Shown: positions 10,901 to 28,405 of the stretch, one piece after another
How the letters are laid out: every line of letters starts with the position of its first letter
Numbering within the stretch: position 1 is the first letter of the stretch
Assembly (NCBI RefSeq): GCF_018350175.1
Contig: NC_058377.1
Location: 108,686,001 to 108,750,000 of the forward strand
Length of the DNA stretch: 64,000 nucleotides
Reading direction: 5' to 3'
Source: Felis catus
Lineage: Eukaryota
Notes under the pieces: generated by a model
The model's database searches: none
What the model was told of the DNA's origin: nothing
The model's input: only the letters and a program-made list of their open reading frames with translations
Made by a program: the position numbers and the translations under genes

Positions 10901-13202
10901 CGGGCCCGGTTGGGGGGTGGGAAACGCAAGCCAATAGAACCCTTCTTGGCTTCCTGGCAGCGAGACCTGGGGAGCTCGTCCTGGACCACATCGTGGAGCG
11001 CAAGCGGCTGGACGACCTGAACAGCAGCATCATGGATGGCCGCTTCCACGAGCAGAAGGTTCCCGTACTGGCCTCGCTGTGCTCCCAGTTCCCTGTCTGC
11101 TCTAGGGCTCCTCCTCAGCCCAGAGGAGCCCGGGGCACTTCCGGGTGGCCTCAAAGCAGAGTTCCCGCTAGAGGTGCACCCAAGCAGCCCCTGCACCCAA
11201 GCAGGCACGCGGGAGGGGCTCAGGGTGACTGGACCGGACTGAGGAGCGTATTCAAGTACCCTCGGGCGGCCGGCCCCTGCAGTCCGGGATAAATAGGACC
11301 CAAAACTCCAGGAGCGGGACGGAAGCAGTCTCGGTGCTGGCTTCCGGTGCTGGCTGCTGGGCTAACTGCGTAGTCAGGCCATGTGTAGGCCAACAGAGGT
11401 TTGAAGAACGGGCACCATTCAGAGATGGTGGAAGGGGTGTCCGTGCCACGAGAACAGTGCGAGCAAAGGTGGAGGCCGCTCTAAGACAGGCAGAGACGCT
11501 AGGGAGGGTGAGGAGGTGGGTTGGTGGGCCCAGGGTCCCGTGACGATTTTGAGCGTGACAGATAGACAGCTGGCAGGTGGGCATCCGGGCCTGACCCTGC
11601 CCGTCTGTCTGCCTCCTCAGTTCCGGCTGAAGCGCTGTGGCCTGGGGCACCAGATATACCTGGTGGAGGAGCACTGCTCGGCGAACAACCTCAGCCTTCC
11701 AGAGAGCACGCTGCTGCAGGCTGTCACCAACACTCAGGTGAGCCGAGGGGGCAGGGCCAGGCTGGCAGGGACCCCGTGGTCCACGGCTCCCGCCAGGATC
11801 CCCTCCTTCTCTTGGGTGGGCTCCTCCTCTTCCCCAGGTCATCGACGGCTTCTTTGTGAAGCGTACAGCGGACATTAAGGAGTCGGCTGCCTACCTGGCC
11901 CTCATGACGCGGGGCTTACAGAGACTCTACCAGGTGAGCGGGTGTATTTGTCCTTGAGCCCTGGGCTTCCCCCAAGGAAGGTGAGGGAGCAAAACCTCTG
12001 TTTCTCGGGCCTAGGATCGGGCAAGGACTGGCGGGGGGCTGTCCCCTAGAGCTCTGTCCTGGCCTCAGTTCCCTCTTCCCTCAGGGCCATACCCTACGCA
12101 GTCGCCCCTGGGGAACCTCCGGGGACCCTGAATCGAGGCCTGGGCCCTCTCCAGATCCTCTCTGCTCACTCCTCACCTTCAGTGACTTCAACGCGGGAGC
12201 CATCAAGAACAAGGTACTGCCTCTACCCAGCGCCTCCTTAGGTGGCCCAGCCCCAGACCACTCCTGATACAGTCCTCCCCCGTCCCAGGCCCAGTCAGTG
12301 CGCGAGGTGTTCGCCCGACAGCTGATGCAGGTGCGCGGTGTGAGTGGGGAGAAGGCAGCGGCCATAGTGGACCGGTACAGCACCCCTGCCAGGTAGGCCT
12401 GCAACAGAGCCCCTTAGGGGTCCTCTGCCTCTGCCCTACCTGTGTGGAATTCAGCTCAACCAGTGCTTTGCGGAGGGGTCTGGCTCTTCGAGGGCTGGAC
12501 AGACCCGGCTGAGTTCACGGAGAGGAGTTAATGGACGTCAGATGGTAAGGAAAACAGAGCCAGCTAGGACCAGACAGTATCTCAGCCACTAAGAGGGAGG
12601 GAGGAGGGAGGGAAGGGAGGGAGACATTCTGCCTGGTGCAGCAGAGAAGGCTTCTGGAGGAGGGCTTGGGCCATGAAGACTGGGCCAAGAATGGCCATAC
12701 TTGGAGAACATTTGCAGCAGCACGAAGGGAGTGTGAGCTGGATAGAACAGGGCCTTGAATGCCAGGCTCAGGAAGTGTAGCAGTGGTCCTGACCCCTCTA
12801 CCCCATGCTGACCTCTTCTGCCTGTCCCCCGTGATGCTGACCTCACCACTCAAAGTGGGCCAGCTGTCCGCTGTTGTCAAGCTTTAGAAACTCAAACACC
12901 ACCCCCCACCCAGCCTACTGGCCGCCTATGACGCCTGTGCCCACCCCCCCCCCCCCCAGCCTACTGGCCGCCTATGATGCCTGTGCCACCCCCAAGGAAC
13001 AGGAGTTGCTGCTGAGCACCATCAAGTGCGGCCAACTACAGAGGTGACCGCAAGGAAAAGGACCCAGAGGGAGTGGCTGGGGCTGGGTTGCTCCGGCCCG
13101 GGGCCTGAGCCTCACCTGCCTCTCTCTTTGTGCAGGAATCTGGGACCCGCTCTGAGCAGGACCTTGTCCCAGCTCTACTGCAGCCACGGCCCCCTGACCT
13201 GA
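7959..13202 (+). CDS. MUS81: Crossover junction endonuclease MUS81 (16 coding exons, ~552 aa)
   Basis: Exons 7959-8093, 8182-8311, 8552-8637, 9190-9288, 9411-9479, 9643-9728, 10239-10379, 10558-10653, 10743-10864, 10961-11058, 11621-11737, 11838-11933, 12085-12213, 12289-12392, 12960-13043, 13136-13202; total 1659 nt, in frame. N-terminus [14 protein letters not shown]; ERCC4 nuclease motifs VGDF and VERKRLDD; C-terminal HhH (VRGVSGEKA); AATAAA 13513-13518. Confidence 0.96.
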
Positions 13203-14124
13203 GCCATGCCACGAGGCCGACTCCAGCCCCCGCCTTCACAGGCTAGCCAGCCTTTTAATCGGAATCTCTTGGGCTACGAGAAAAGTAGAAGTATTTGCAG
13301 CCTTATGTATTATGAAGGTGGTGCCAGGCCCCAGGGGCCTTGTGAAATATCCAGGCAGGAACTGGGGAGACCGGCAGGTCTAGTGACTTTTAAACCGAGC
13401 TCCTCAGGACCCTAGGGCTCCCTGGTGGAGCACTGAGACCACCCGGGAGATGGGAGTAAGCAAGGCACTGCAGCTTGGAATCTAGTCCTAGGTCATCAGA
13501 CTTCCCTGATCAAATAAAATTTCCTTTGATGAGAGGTTCTGTAGCTTGGAAAAGAAAAGTTTGGAAAGCACTCATAGTCTAATTGCCTCATTTTATGGAT
13601 TGGAAGACAGAGGCCCGGGAAGCCATGAGGGTCAAGCCAAGTTGACAGTTTGAGGCCAAGCTGGGATTGAAACCCAAGGCTTCCATCGTCTACAGTGGGG
13701 TTTCCCAGGCCCCCTGCAGACCAGTCAAACCCCAATTTCTGGGCTGGGTCCTGGAGTCTGTAGCCTTATTACCTCCTACCTTCTCAGAGCGATTCTAATG
13801 TGCGTGGTACCTAGACCAATCCTGGCTTGGGGCTGCAGTTCCCAGTTCTTATCCATGGGGCCCCCTCAGCCTGAACAGAGACTCCCCCCCCCGTGGGTGG
13901 TGGACCCTCCTCCCACAGCCTGGTCCCTTCCCCGGTCTGGGGTTCACTACAGTGTGACCCACCCCCCTCAGCCACCAGGACTCCTTCTTTCTCCCTTTAT
14001 TGCCTTTCTCTTTCTACTCTTCACAACAGCATCTTCCCTTTTAGCCGAACACAGTCATCCCTGAGCCCCCGGCTCTTCGGCTACAGGAAACCTCTCCCTC
14101 CCTGAGGGCTCCCCACCCCACACC

Positions 14125-20687
<6,563 letters not shown>

Positions 20688-20759
20688 CCTGGGGCTGGGA
20701 GGTGGTGGGCGAGGGGGTGGGGTGGGAGGTGGTTAGGGAACTTCTGCCACGCACCCCCC

Positions 20760-21350
20760 ATTCCCTGTGCCGGGACTCCGAGCCCTGGCCCGAGCCGCCT
20801 CCCGCTCGGGACTGTGCTTGGGGCCCCGGAGCTTCCCAGGGCCGCGGGCCCACTCCTCCCGCAGGCCGGGGTTCGGGGCCCACCCGCCCCGGGGCCACCC
20901 CGCCCCCGCCCGGTCCCCCTGTGGCGCGGGCCGAGGAGCGCGGGCCTCTCGGCTCTGCGCTGACGCCGACTCGGCCGAGACTCCGGCTCGCGCCCTCCCC
21001 CCACGGACGGCCACTCACTTGAGCCCGCGACGCCCCCGCGGCCCGGGTCTCCGGAGGCTCGGCTGGTTCGGGCAGTGCCTGCGGGCAGACGGACGGGCGG
21101 ACGCCGCAGCTCCCTGGACGCGCGGCCCCAGGAAGCGCCCCCCGCCCGCCCGCCCGCCGCGGCGCGGCCCACCCCGGCGCCTCCGCCCGCCCCTCGGCGG
21201 ATTCCTGAGCCCGCGCCAGGGGGAGGGACCCCGACCCCCCGCTTCTCCGCCCCCGGCCAGCCGCAGGCCCCCACCCGGTCCCCCGCGGCGCTGCCCGGAG
21301 CCGCCTCCCGGCACAGGGCCAGGGTCCCCCTAGCGCCCGATCCTGGGGGC
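20760..21350. promoter_or_regulatory. EFEMP2 CpG island, non-coding exon 1 and promoter
   Basis: CpG-rich with GC boxes; exon-1 donor ...GGGCTCAA|gtgagt at 21019/21018 on the minus strand. Confidence 0.8.
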
Positions 21351-22324
21351 ATGGCCTTGATGCCAGGCCCCCAGACTCAACCAGGGGAACCCCCAGGCCC
21401 TCACTTTGCGCACCCCAGAATGTCATCCTGTGCACCTGGACGCTAATCTGGGCTCCTAGAATTCCATCCTGTGCACCCACATCTAAATGCCGGGGCCTCC
21501 ACACTCTGCGCCTCCCAGAAAGTCATCCTGGGCACCTGGACCCCACCTAATCCCGGGGCTTCCGGACCCTCCCTCTACGCCCTCCAGAATTTTATTCCGT
21601 GTACCCGGACAGTCACTCTGTAAACACCAAAATTTCATTCAGGGTCCCCAGACCCTCGCCTGAGGACGTTCCCAGGCCCAGAACTGTTCACGTCTGTTCC
21701 TTCTCGCCTCCATCTCTAGGGCTGTCAGCCAGGTGGTCCCTTCACTCCAGGACCGCCTCCTCCGAACAATCCATCTGGGAAACTACAGCAGTTTGGAAGC
21801 GGGGGCGGCAGTTCCCTTTTGGCCCAGAATGAATGGAAGCCCCTGAGAAGGCGGGCAGGGCTGAACCTGGGCGCACAGGACGCCAGGGTCCGGGGCCAGT
21901 GCCTTACCGGCCCTCCTCCCACCCAAACGCGTCCCCCGCCCTCCCCCGCCACCTCGGGGTTCGGCCTCCTCTCCCGAGCAGGGCGCGCCTTTCGGGGAGG
22001 AGTTTAGGCGGAGTTGGCTCCCAGGAAGGGGCGGGGCCTCGTCCTGCCCACGTCTCAGGGCGGGGCCAGACGGGAAAGGGCAGCGAGTGCAGGGATCTCC
22101 CGCGTGGGGCCGAAGACGTGCGGGAACTGTTGAGCCCTCCCTTCCCTTTCCCACCCTTGTTTATCCTCACGACCGCCCCCATTGCGGCCCCGCCCAGGGA
22201 GAGGGTGTGCCGACGGGGGCACGTGGGTACCGATATCAGCCCTTGGGGTTCATTGAAGAGTGTACCTTCCACCCCCCAGACCCTTCCCAGCCACAGGGGC
22301 GAGGACGCTAACAACAATAGCTCT

Positions 22325-22960
22325 TTGAAACCAAAAAGGCAGACAATAACAAGTGTTGGCGAGGATACGAAGGAATTGGAACCCTCATACACTGTGGTCC
22401 TCTTTGAAAAAGTTTGGAAGGACCTCAGAGTGTTACCACATGACCCGGAACTTTCACGCCCATGTATATACCCAAGGGAATTGGAAACCTGTGTCCATAG
22501 GAAAAGATCTATACACAACACTCATAGCAACGCCATTCATAAAACCAAAATGTAGAAACAATCTAATGCCCATCAATTGATGAATGGATAAACAAAATGT
22601 GGTAATATGATGGAATGTTATTCAGCCACAAAAAAGAATGAAGTGCTGATATGAGCTCCAAGGATAAATCTTGAAAAAATACTACACAAGGTGAAAGAAG
22701 CCAGACACAAAGGTCCTCATATCCCATATATATGACATCCAGAATGGACAAATCTGGGTGACAAATTAGGGTTTGCCAGGGGAAGGGGAGGGCTAATGGA
22801 CATGGGTTTCTTTTGGGGTGAGGAAAATACTCTGAAACCAGATGGTGGTGATGGTTGCACAATTATGCAAATACACTAAAACCACTGAATTGTACGCTTT
22901 AAAAGGGTGAATTTTATGGCATCTGAATTATGTCTCAATAAAGTGGTAATTAAAAAATAA
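22325..22960 (+). mobile_element. LINE-1 3' fragment (old, L1MA/MB-like)
   Basis: aataacaagtgttggcgaggat...gaatggataaacaaaatgtgg...ccactgaattgtac...tctcaataaa plus A-rich tail are typical L1 3'-end phrases. Confidence 0.8.
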
Positions 22961-22977
22961 CCAAAGTAATAGTTCTT

Positions 22978-23557
22978 AGGGCACCTGGGTGGCTCGGTTA
23001 AGTGGCCGACTTCGGCTCAGGTCACGATCTCTTAGTTTGTGAGTTCCCGCATTGGGCTCGGTGCGGATCCTGGTTGGAATTCTCTCTCTCTGCCCCTCCT
23101 GAGTCTATCTAAAAAATAAATAAACTTAAAAAAATGGGGTGCCTGGGTGGCTTTCAGTTGCGTGTCCAACTTCAGCTCAGGGCACGATCTCACAGTTCAC
23201 GAGTTCAAGCCCCGCATAGGGCTTGCTGCTGTCAGGACCAAGCCCGCTTCAGATCCTCTGTCCCCCTCTCTCTCTCTGCCCCTCCTCTGTGCTCTCTCCC
23301 AAAAATAAACATTAAAAAATAAAAAGAATACGGGGCGCCTGGGTGGCGCAGTCGGTTAAGCGTCCGACTTCAGCCAGGTCACGATCTCGCGGTCCGTGAG
23401 TTCGAGCCCCGCGTCGGGCTCTGGGCTGATGGCTCGGAGCCTGGAGCCTGTTTCCGATTCTGTGTCTCCCTCTCTCTCTGCCCCTGCCCCGTTCATGCTC
23501 TGTCTCTCTCTGTCCCAAAAATAAATAAATAAAAAAAAACGTTAAAAAAAAAAAAAA
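22978..23557 (+). mobile_element. Three tandem Can-SINEs
   Basis: SINEC heads at ~22978, ~23135 and ~23332, each with an A-rich tail. Confidence 0.88.
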
Positions 23558-24824
23558 GAATAGTTATTACTAAGATATATAACCTTTCTGGGCACCAGCA
23601 TGCATTTCATGCAATCCTCCTGCCCAGCCAGGGAAGGGGTACCGGTATCACCCTATTTCACAGATGAGAGAGGCTGAAATTTGCTGAGGCACAGCCAGAG
23701 TGGGAAGGACAGGATCTGAACTCAGGCACTCTGATTCCAAGACTCTCTGGGTTCTTTGCCCCAGAGTAGAGTATTAACAGCCCACCATTTTGAACACCTC
23801 TTCTGTGCCAGCCGGGGTCATAGGTGCCCCACGGTCATCCCACTCAAAGGAATTGTTGCTGCCACTGCGAGATGAGGCTCCGAGGCTGAGAGGGGAATGG
23901 CTGGGGGCGCAGGCGGCCAGACTTGAGCCTCCATCTTTGTGCTGAGACCTCAGTGCACCTGCCACTCGGAGTTGCCTCCCTGCAACGCTTCTCCTGACCT
24001 CCAGGGCACAGACTTCCCCTGCCCTCACCCCTTCTGCACCCCATCTGGCCCCTCAGGCCCACCCAGACCCCTCATCCCCACCCCCAGACTGTGATAAGAA
24101 TGAGGACTAGAAGGCAGTAGCTGCCGCTTACTGTACCCTAGAGCCTGAACTTTCCTGTTCCAAACCCGCCAACAACCAATTGTTCGGCCTACGAACATCC
24201 ATAAAGCTTGCTCTGTGCCCAGCCCTGTGCTGGGTGCTGAGGACACAGGTGTATCAGACGCTTCTTGTGAGGCTGGGAGGCAGATGCCGAGCCGGGCACA
24301 GGCACAGCAGGGGCTCAAGGGGCTGCTGGTTACATCAGAGGAAGGGCAACAGGGAAGGCTTTTCGGAGGGTGACCCTTGAGCTGACTGAGCTTCCCAGGA
24401 TGAGCAAGAGCACTTCTCCAGGGGGCACTGACCGCCCGCCACCCCGACCCAGGTGTCAGGAGCCTGTGGCACCCATAGCCCCCTGGATTTTCCCGTCATG
24501 ACACTGATGGCCGTACACGGTCACTCCTCACTTAGGATCTGTCTATTCCTGTTTCCTTAAGGACAGATCCACCTCTGTATCCCTGGAATTGCCCAGAACA
24601 GGGTGGACAGAGGGCCTCTGCTGAATAAAGAAGGGTGGAGTGGGCAACAGGCAGGCAGAGGGCTGTATAGGACAAAAGCCTGAAGGTCTGAGGTAGCTCC
24701 TGTGTGGAGGGGTCCACCCCTCCCAACCTGGTTTCCCCTTCGTGGTTTCTCCAGCTCCGCCCCCTCGGCCCCTCCAGCCTGGTTTGCACAGCTTCCTGCT
24801 CCCAGTACTCTTGTCTGCAGCATC

Positions 24825-27800
24825 ATGGCAATTACTGTCTACCTTTCCTGCCTCCTGGTCCTGTCTATGGCCGGCCTGGCTCAAGGCATCAAGAGCTCCC
24901 TTAGGAGCCAGGTAAGTGCCCCCCACCTGCTTCCCATACCCTTCCTCCCGCAAATCCCGTGCCTGGGTTTCACCCTTTCAGAAACAACAGCCTCATTCCC
25001 ATTTCTCAGGGGGGAGCAACTAAGGCTGGAAAAGTGATTGACATGCTCAGGGAGACAGAGCAGGCTAAGCTGCTGATCCCCAGCCCAATCCCTGCAAGGC
25101 TGGGGTGAGGTGGGGTCCCAGCAATGACTCCTCACCCGCTCTCCCCTCCCACTCCCCACCCCCTTGGTTCCCTGCTAGGACCCAGGACCCCAGCCGCTGG
25201 AGCTGAAACAGGCCTTCACACTGTTCCAGATCCAGTACAACCGGAGTTACTCAAACCCAGAAGGTATCACGGGGCATGTACATCTCCGGCCCAACCCCCT
25301 TCTCCCATTTAATAGATGAGGAAATCAAGATTCAGGGTGGGGAATCGGCTTGGCCAAAGGCACTCAGCAGGACAGTGGCATAGCTGGGGGTGCACTCCCT
25401 GGTTTCCTAAACGTACCATCATTCCTAATCATTCCTTGCTATGAACTTGGAGGGCAGGCAGCAGCTGTCGGGGGTCTGCCCTGGGCGGAGAGGATCCCTC
25501 GCCTCCACAGCCACTTTTCCTCTGCCTCCAGGCAGCGGGCTGACTGCTGCCATGAGTTCACCCAGAAACACCAAGCTGGGAACTCGCTCTCCATGCACAT
25601 GAGGTCGCAGCCCTGTCCCTGCCCTCTCTGGGTCTCATCTTCCACAGGGGAGTGGTCTGTGGACACCTCTCTGGCCAAGCTGCCCATGCCATGGGCCTGA
25701 ACCCCCACTCCTTCCCCACCTTCATCATATTTCGGCTCCGAACCTGCAATCAGAGGTGTGAATTGGAGGTGGAGAATGTAACCTGGCAGGAAGCCAGTCT
25801 CTGATCACCCACCTTTCCTTTCTGAGTCACTCTGCCTTCCTTCAGACCCTTCACTTATCTTCTCCGTGGGTGGGCAGAGATGTCCCCCTTGCTGCCTCCG
25901 GGGAAAACCCAACCCTAGACAGGCTGGGGAGCCACTTCCTTGGCCTGCAGCGGCCACAAGAGAAGAGTGAACGCTCACCTGGGTGAGTGTGGGTGGTAGG
26001 ATGCCCAGCCAGCGGCCACTTCCTGCCCCCGGGGGCTTAGGAGGCAGCTTAAGACAACTCTCTTTTGGTCCAGAGTATGCTCGTCGCCTGGACATCTTTG
26101 CACACAACCTGGCCCAGGCTCAGCAGCTGGAGGAGGAAGACTTAGGCACAGCCGAGTTTGGGGTGACTCCATTCAGTGACCTCACAGGTAATGGACACTT
26201 CCTGGACCCTAGGTGGTAGGTGGGGAAGCAGTGACTTCTCCAGGGATCCCGGCAGATGGACGGGGCAGACGTTCAGCTTTCATTTCCCAGAGAGGGACCC
26301 TGAGGGCCAGAGGCCTGGTTGCTTGCCCCAAGCCACAGAGAGCAGGGTCAGGTCTGGGCCCCAGCCCAGTTCAGGGGCAAGGCAGCAAGTGCACGGGGAC
26401 GCATCCTAGGAAGAAATCTGGCTGCTCTCCGGGCCTCGACATCCACGCCGGTCTCCCAGGGTATTATGGGGACTCAAATAACCGAGGATGTGGACGGGTG
26501 GAGTATGCAAGGCAGGATGTGGGGGAGAAGGGGTCTAAGTTGTGACCCTGGTGGTCCCGTCTATACCCCCAGAGGAGGAGTTTGGCCGGCTCTACGGGCA
26601 TCGGAGGATGGATGGAGAGGCTCCCAAAGTGGGCAGAGAGGTAGGGTCCGAAGAGTGGGGGGAGTCAGTGCCCCCAACCTGTGACTGGCGGAAGTTGGAT
26701 GGAGTCATCTCATCCGTCAAGAAGCAGGTACCTGCCCCAGTCCGGCCTAGTCCAGCCCTGGGGGTGGAGGGACGGTGGGGGCAAGGCCCAGAAATCTCTT
26801 CTGCTGCCCCCCTCGTGCAGGAAAGCTGCAGCTGTTGCTGGGCCATGGCAGCGGCAGGCAACATCGAGGCCCTGTGGGGCATCAAATACCGCCAGTCCGT
26901 AGAACTCTCCGTGCAGGGTATGGCTGACAGAGTGGGGCAAGTGACGGGGGAGAGGGAGGTGCGGGGGGCCAGGGCACAGTCAACCCCCATTGTCTCTTCT
27001 TGCACCAGAGCTGCTCGACTGTGGCCGCTGTGGGGACGGCTGCAGGGGTGGCTTCGTCTGGGATGCGTTCATAACCGTCCTCAACAACAGTGAGCGCCCT
27101 GCCTCTCCGGGCAGCTGCGGTGGAGGTGGGGGGAGGGGGGAGGGGGGAGCCACATTCAGGAGCTGAGCCTCCTCCCTGGCCTTGCTCGTCTCCAGGTGGG
27201 CTGGCCAGCGAAAAGGACTACCCATTCCAAGGGCAGGTCAAACCCCACCGGTGCCTGGCCAAGAAGCGTACGAAGGTGGCCTGGATCCAGGATTTCATCA
27301 TGCTGCCGGACAACGAGCAGAGTGCGGGCAGAGGGGAGACAAGGGCGGGCACGGGGGAGAACGACAGGGACAGACGGACCAGGATAGAGACAGACAGACT
27401 GGGCTACAGACGGAGATGGAGGGACAGAGAGGTGGAGGGCGGGGACGGGAGGCCAAGAACAAAGGGCACAGAGCAAGCAAGGCCTAACGGCACCTTCCAC
27501 CCCCAGAAATCGCCTGGTACCTGGCCACCCAAGGCCCCATCACCGTGACCATCAATATGAAGCTCCTGAAGGTGGGACAGGATCTGGAATGGGGGTGGGG
27601 GTGGGGAGAGGCATCTAGGGCAGGTGGCCTCAGACTCAGCCCCTCTGCCGCCGCAGCTATACAAGAAGGGTGTGATCGAGGCCACGCCCACCTCCTGTGA
27701 CCCTTTCCTCGTGGACCACTCTGTCCTGCTTGTGGGCTTTGGGAAGAGCGAGTCAGTGGCGGACAGGCGGGCAGGGGCAGCCGGAGCCCAGCCTCAATCT

Positions 27801-28053
27801 CGCCGCTCAATCCCGTTCTGGATCCTGAAGAACTCCTGGGGCACCAAATGGGGTGAGAAGGTGAGAAGGAGACCTACTCGGGGGACGAGGCAGGGTAGGC
27901 CTCCCCCTACCTTCTGGCCCTGAGGTCCCCTTAACTTCCTAGGGGTATTTCCGGCTGTACCGAGGGAATAACACCTGTGGCATCACCAAGTACCCACTCA
28001 CTGCCCGTGTGGACCAACCAGCGAAGAAGCGCCCAGTGTCCTGCCCTCCCTGA
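24825..28053 (+). CDS. CTSW: Cathepsin W (10 exons, 374 aa)
   Basis: Exons 24825-24911, 25179-25263, 26074-26187, 26573-26727, 26821-26917, 27009-27089, 27196-27321, 27507-27571, 27657-27860, 27943-28053; total 1125 nt. Signal peptide, ERFNAQ-type prodomain ([17 protein letters not shown]), catalytic C (SCCWA), H (VDHSV) and N (KNSWG); AATAAA 28155-28160. Confidence 0.96.
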
Positions 28054-28405
28054 GCCTGCACGACTGACCCTCAGCTCTGTCCTGCTATGCCAGCTGTCTC
28101 CTCGCCAGCCCTACCCAAGGCTTTTGCCCGTCCTCTTAATCTTGCTACGGCTTGAATAAACCAAGATAAGCTCCCTGGCTTCCAAGCGTACTCAGTTGGG
28201 GTGCGGAAATGGGTGGGGAGGGCACCGACACCGTGCGCCGACCCATCCTAGTCTCTGTGGGGCCCACGGACACGTACAGCCGTGTACTCGTTCACCTGAC
28301 CCTTAGAGACAGATGCGTGCTCACCTACGCACACTCCCATGCACAGGCTCTTCCGAAGTCATGGCAACTTTATTGTCAGCGGGGGCAGGGTGGCGGGAGG
28401 GGACC

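Noticed and set aside
23312-23518. Recurrent 'GQRETEHERGRGRERG' ORFs (also 47987-48283) and tRNA-like boxes
   Set aside because: Translations of Can-SINE bodies; the heads are tRNA-derived but are not tRNA genes.
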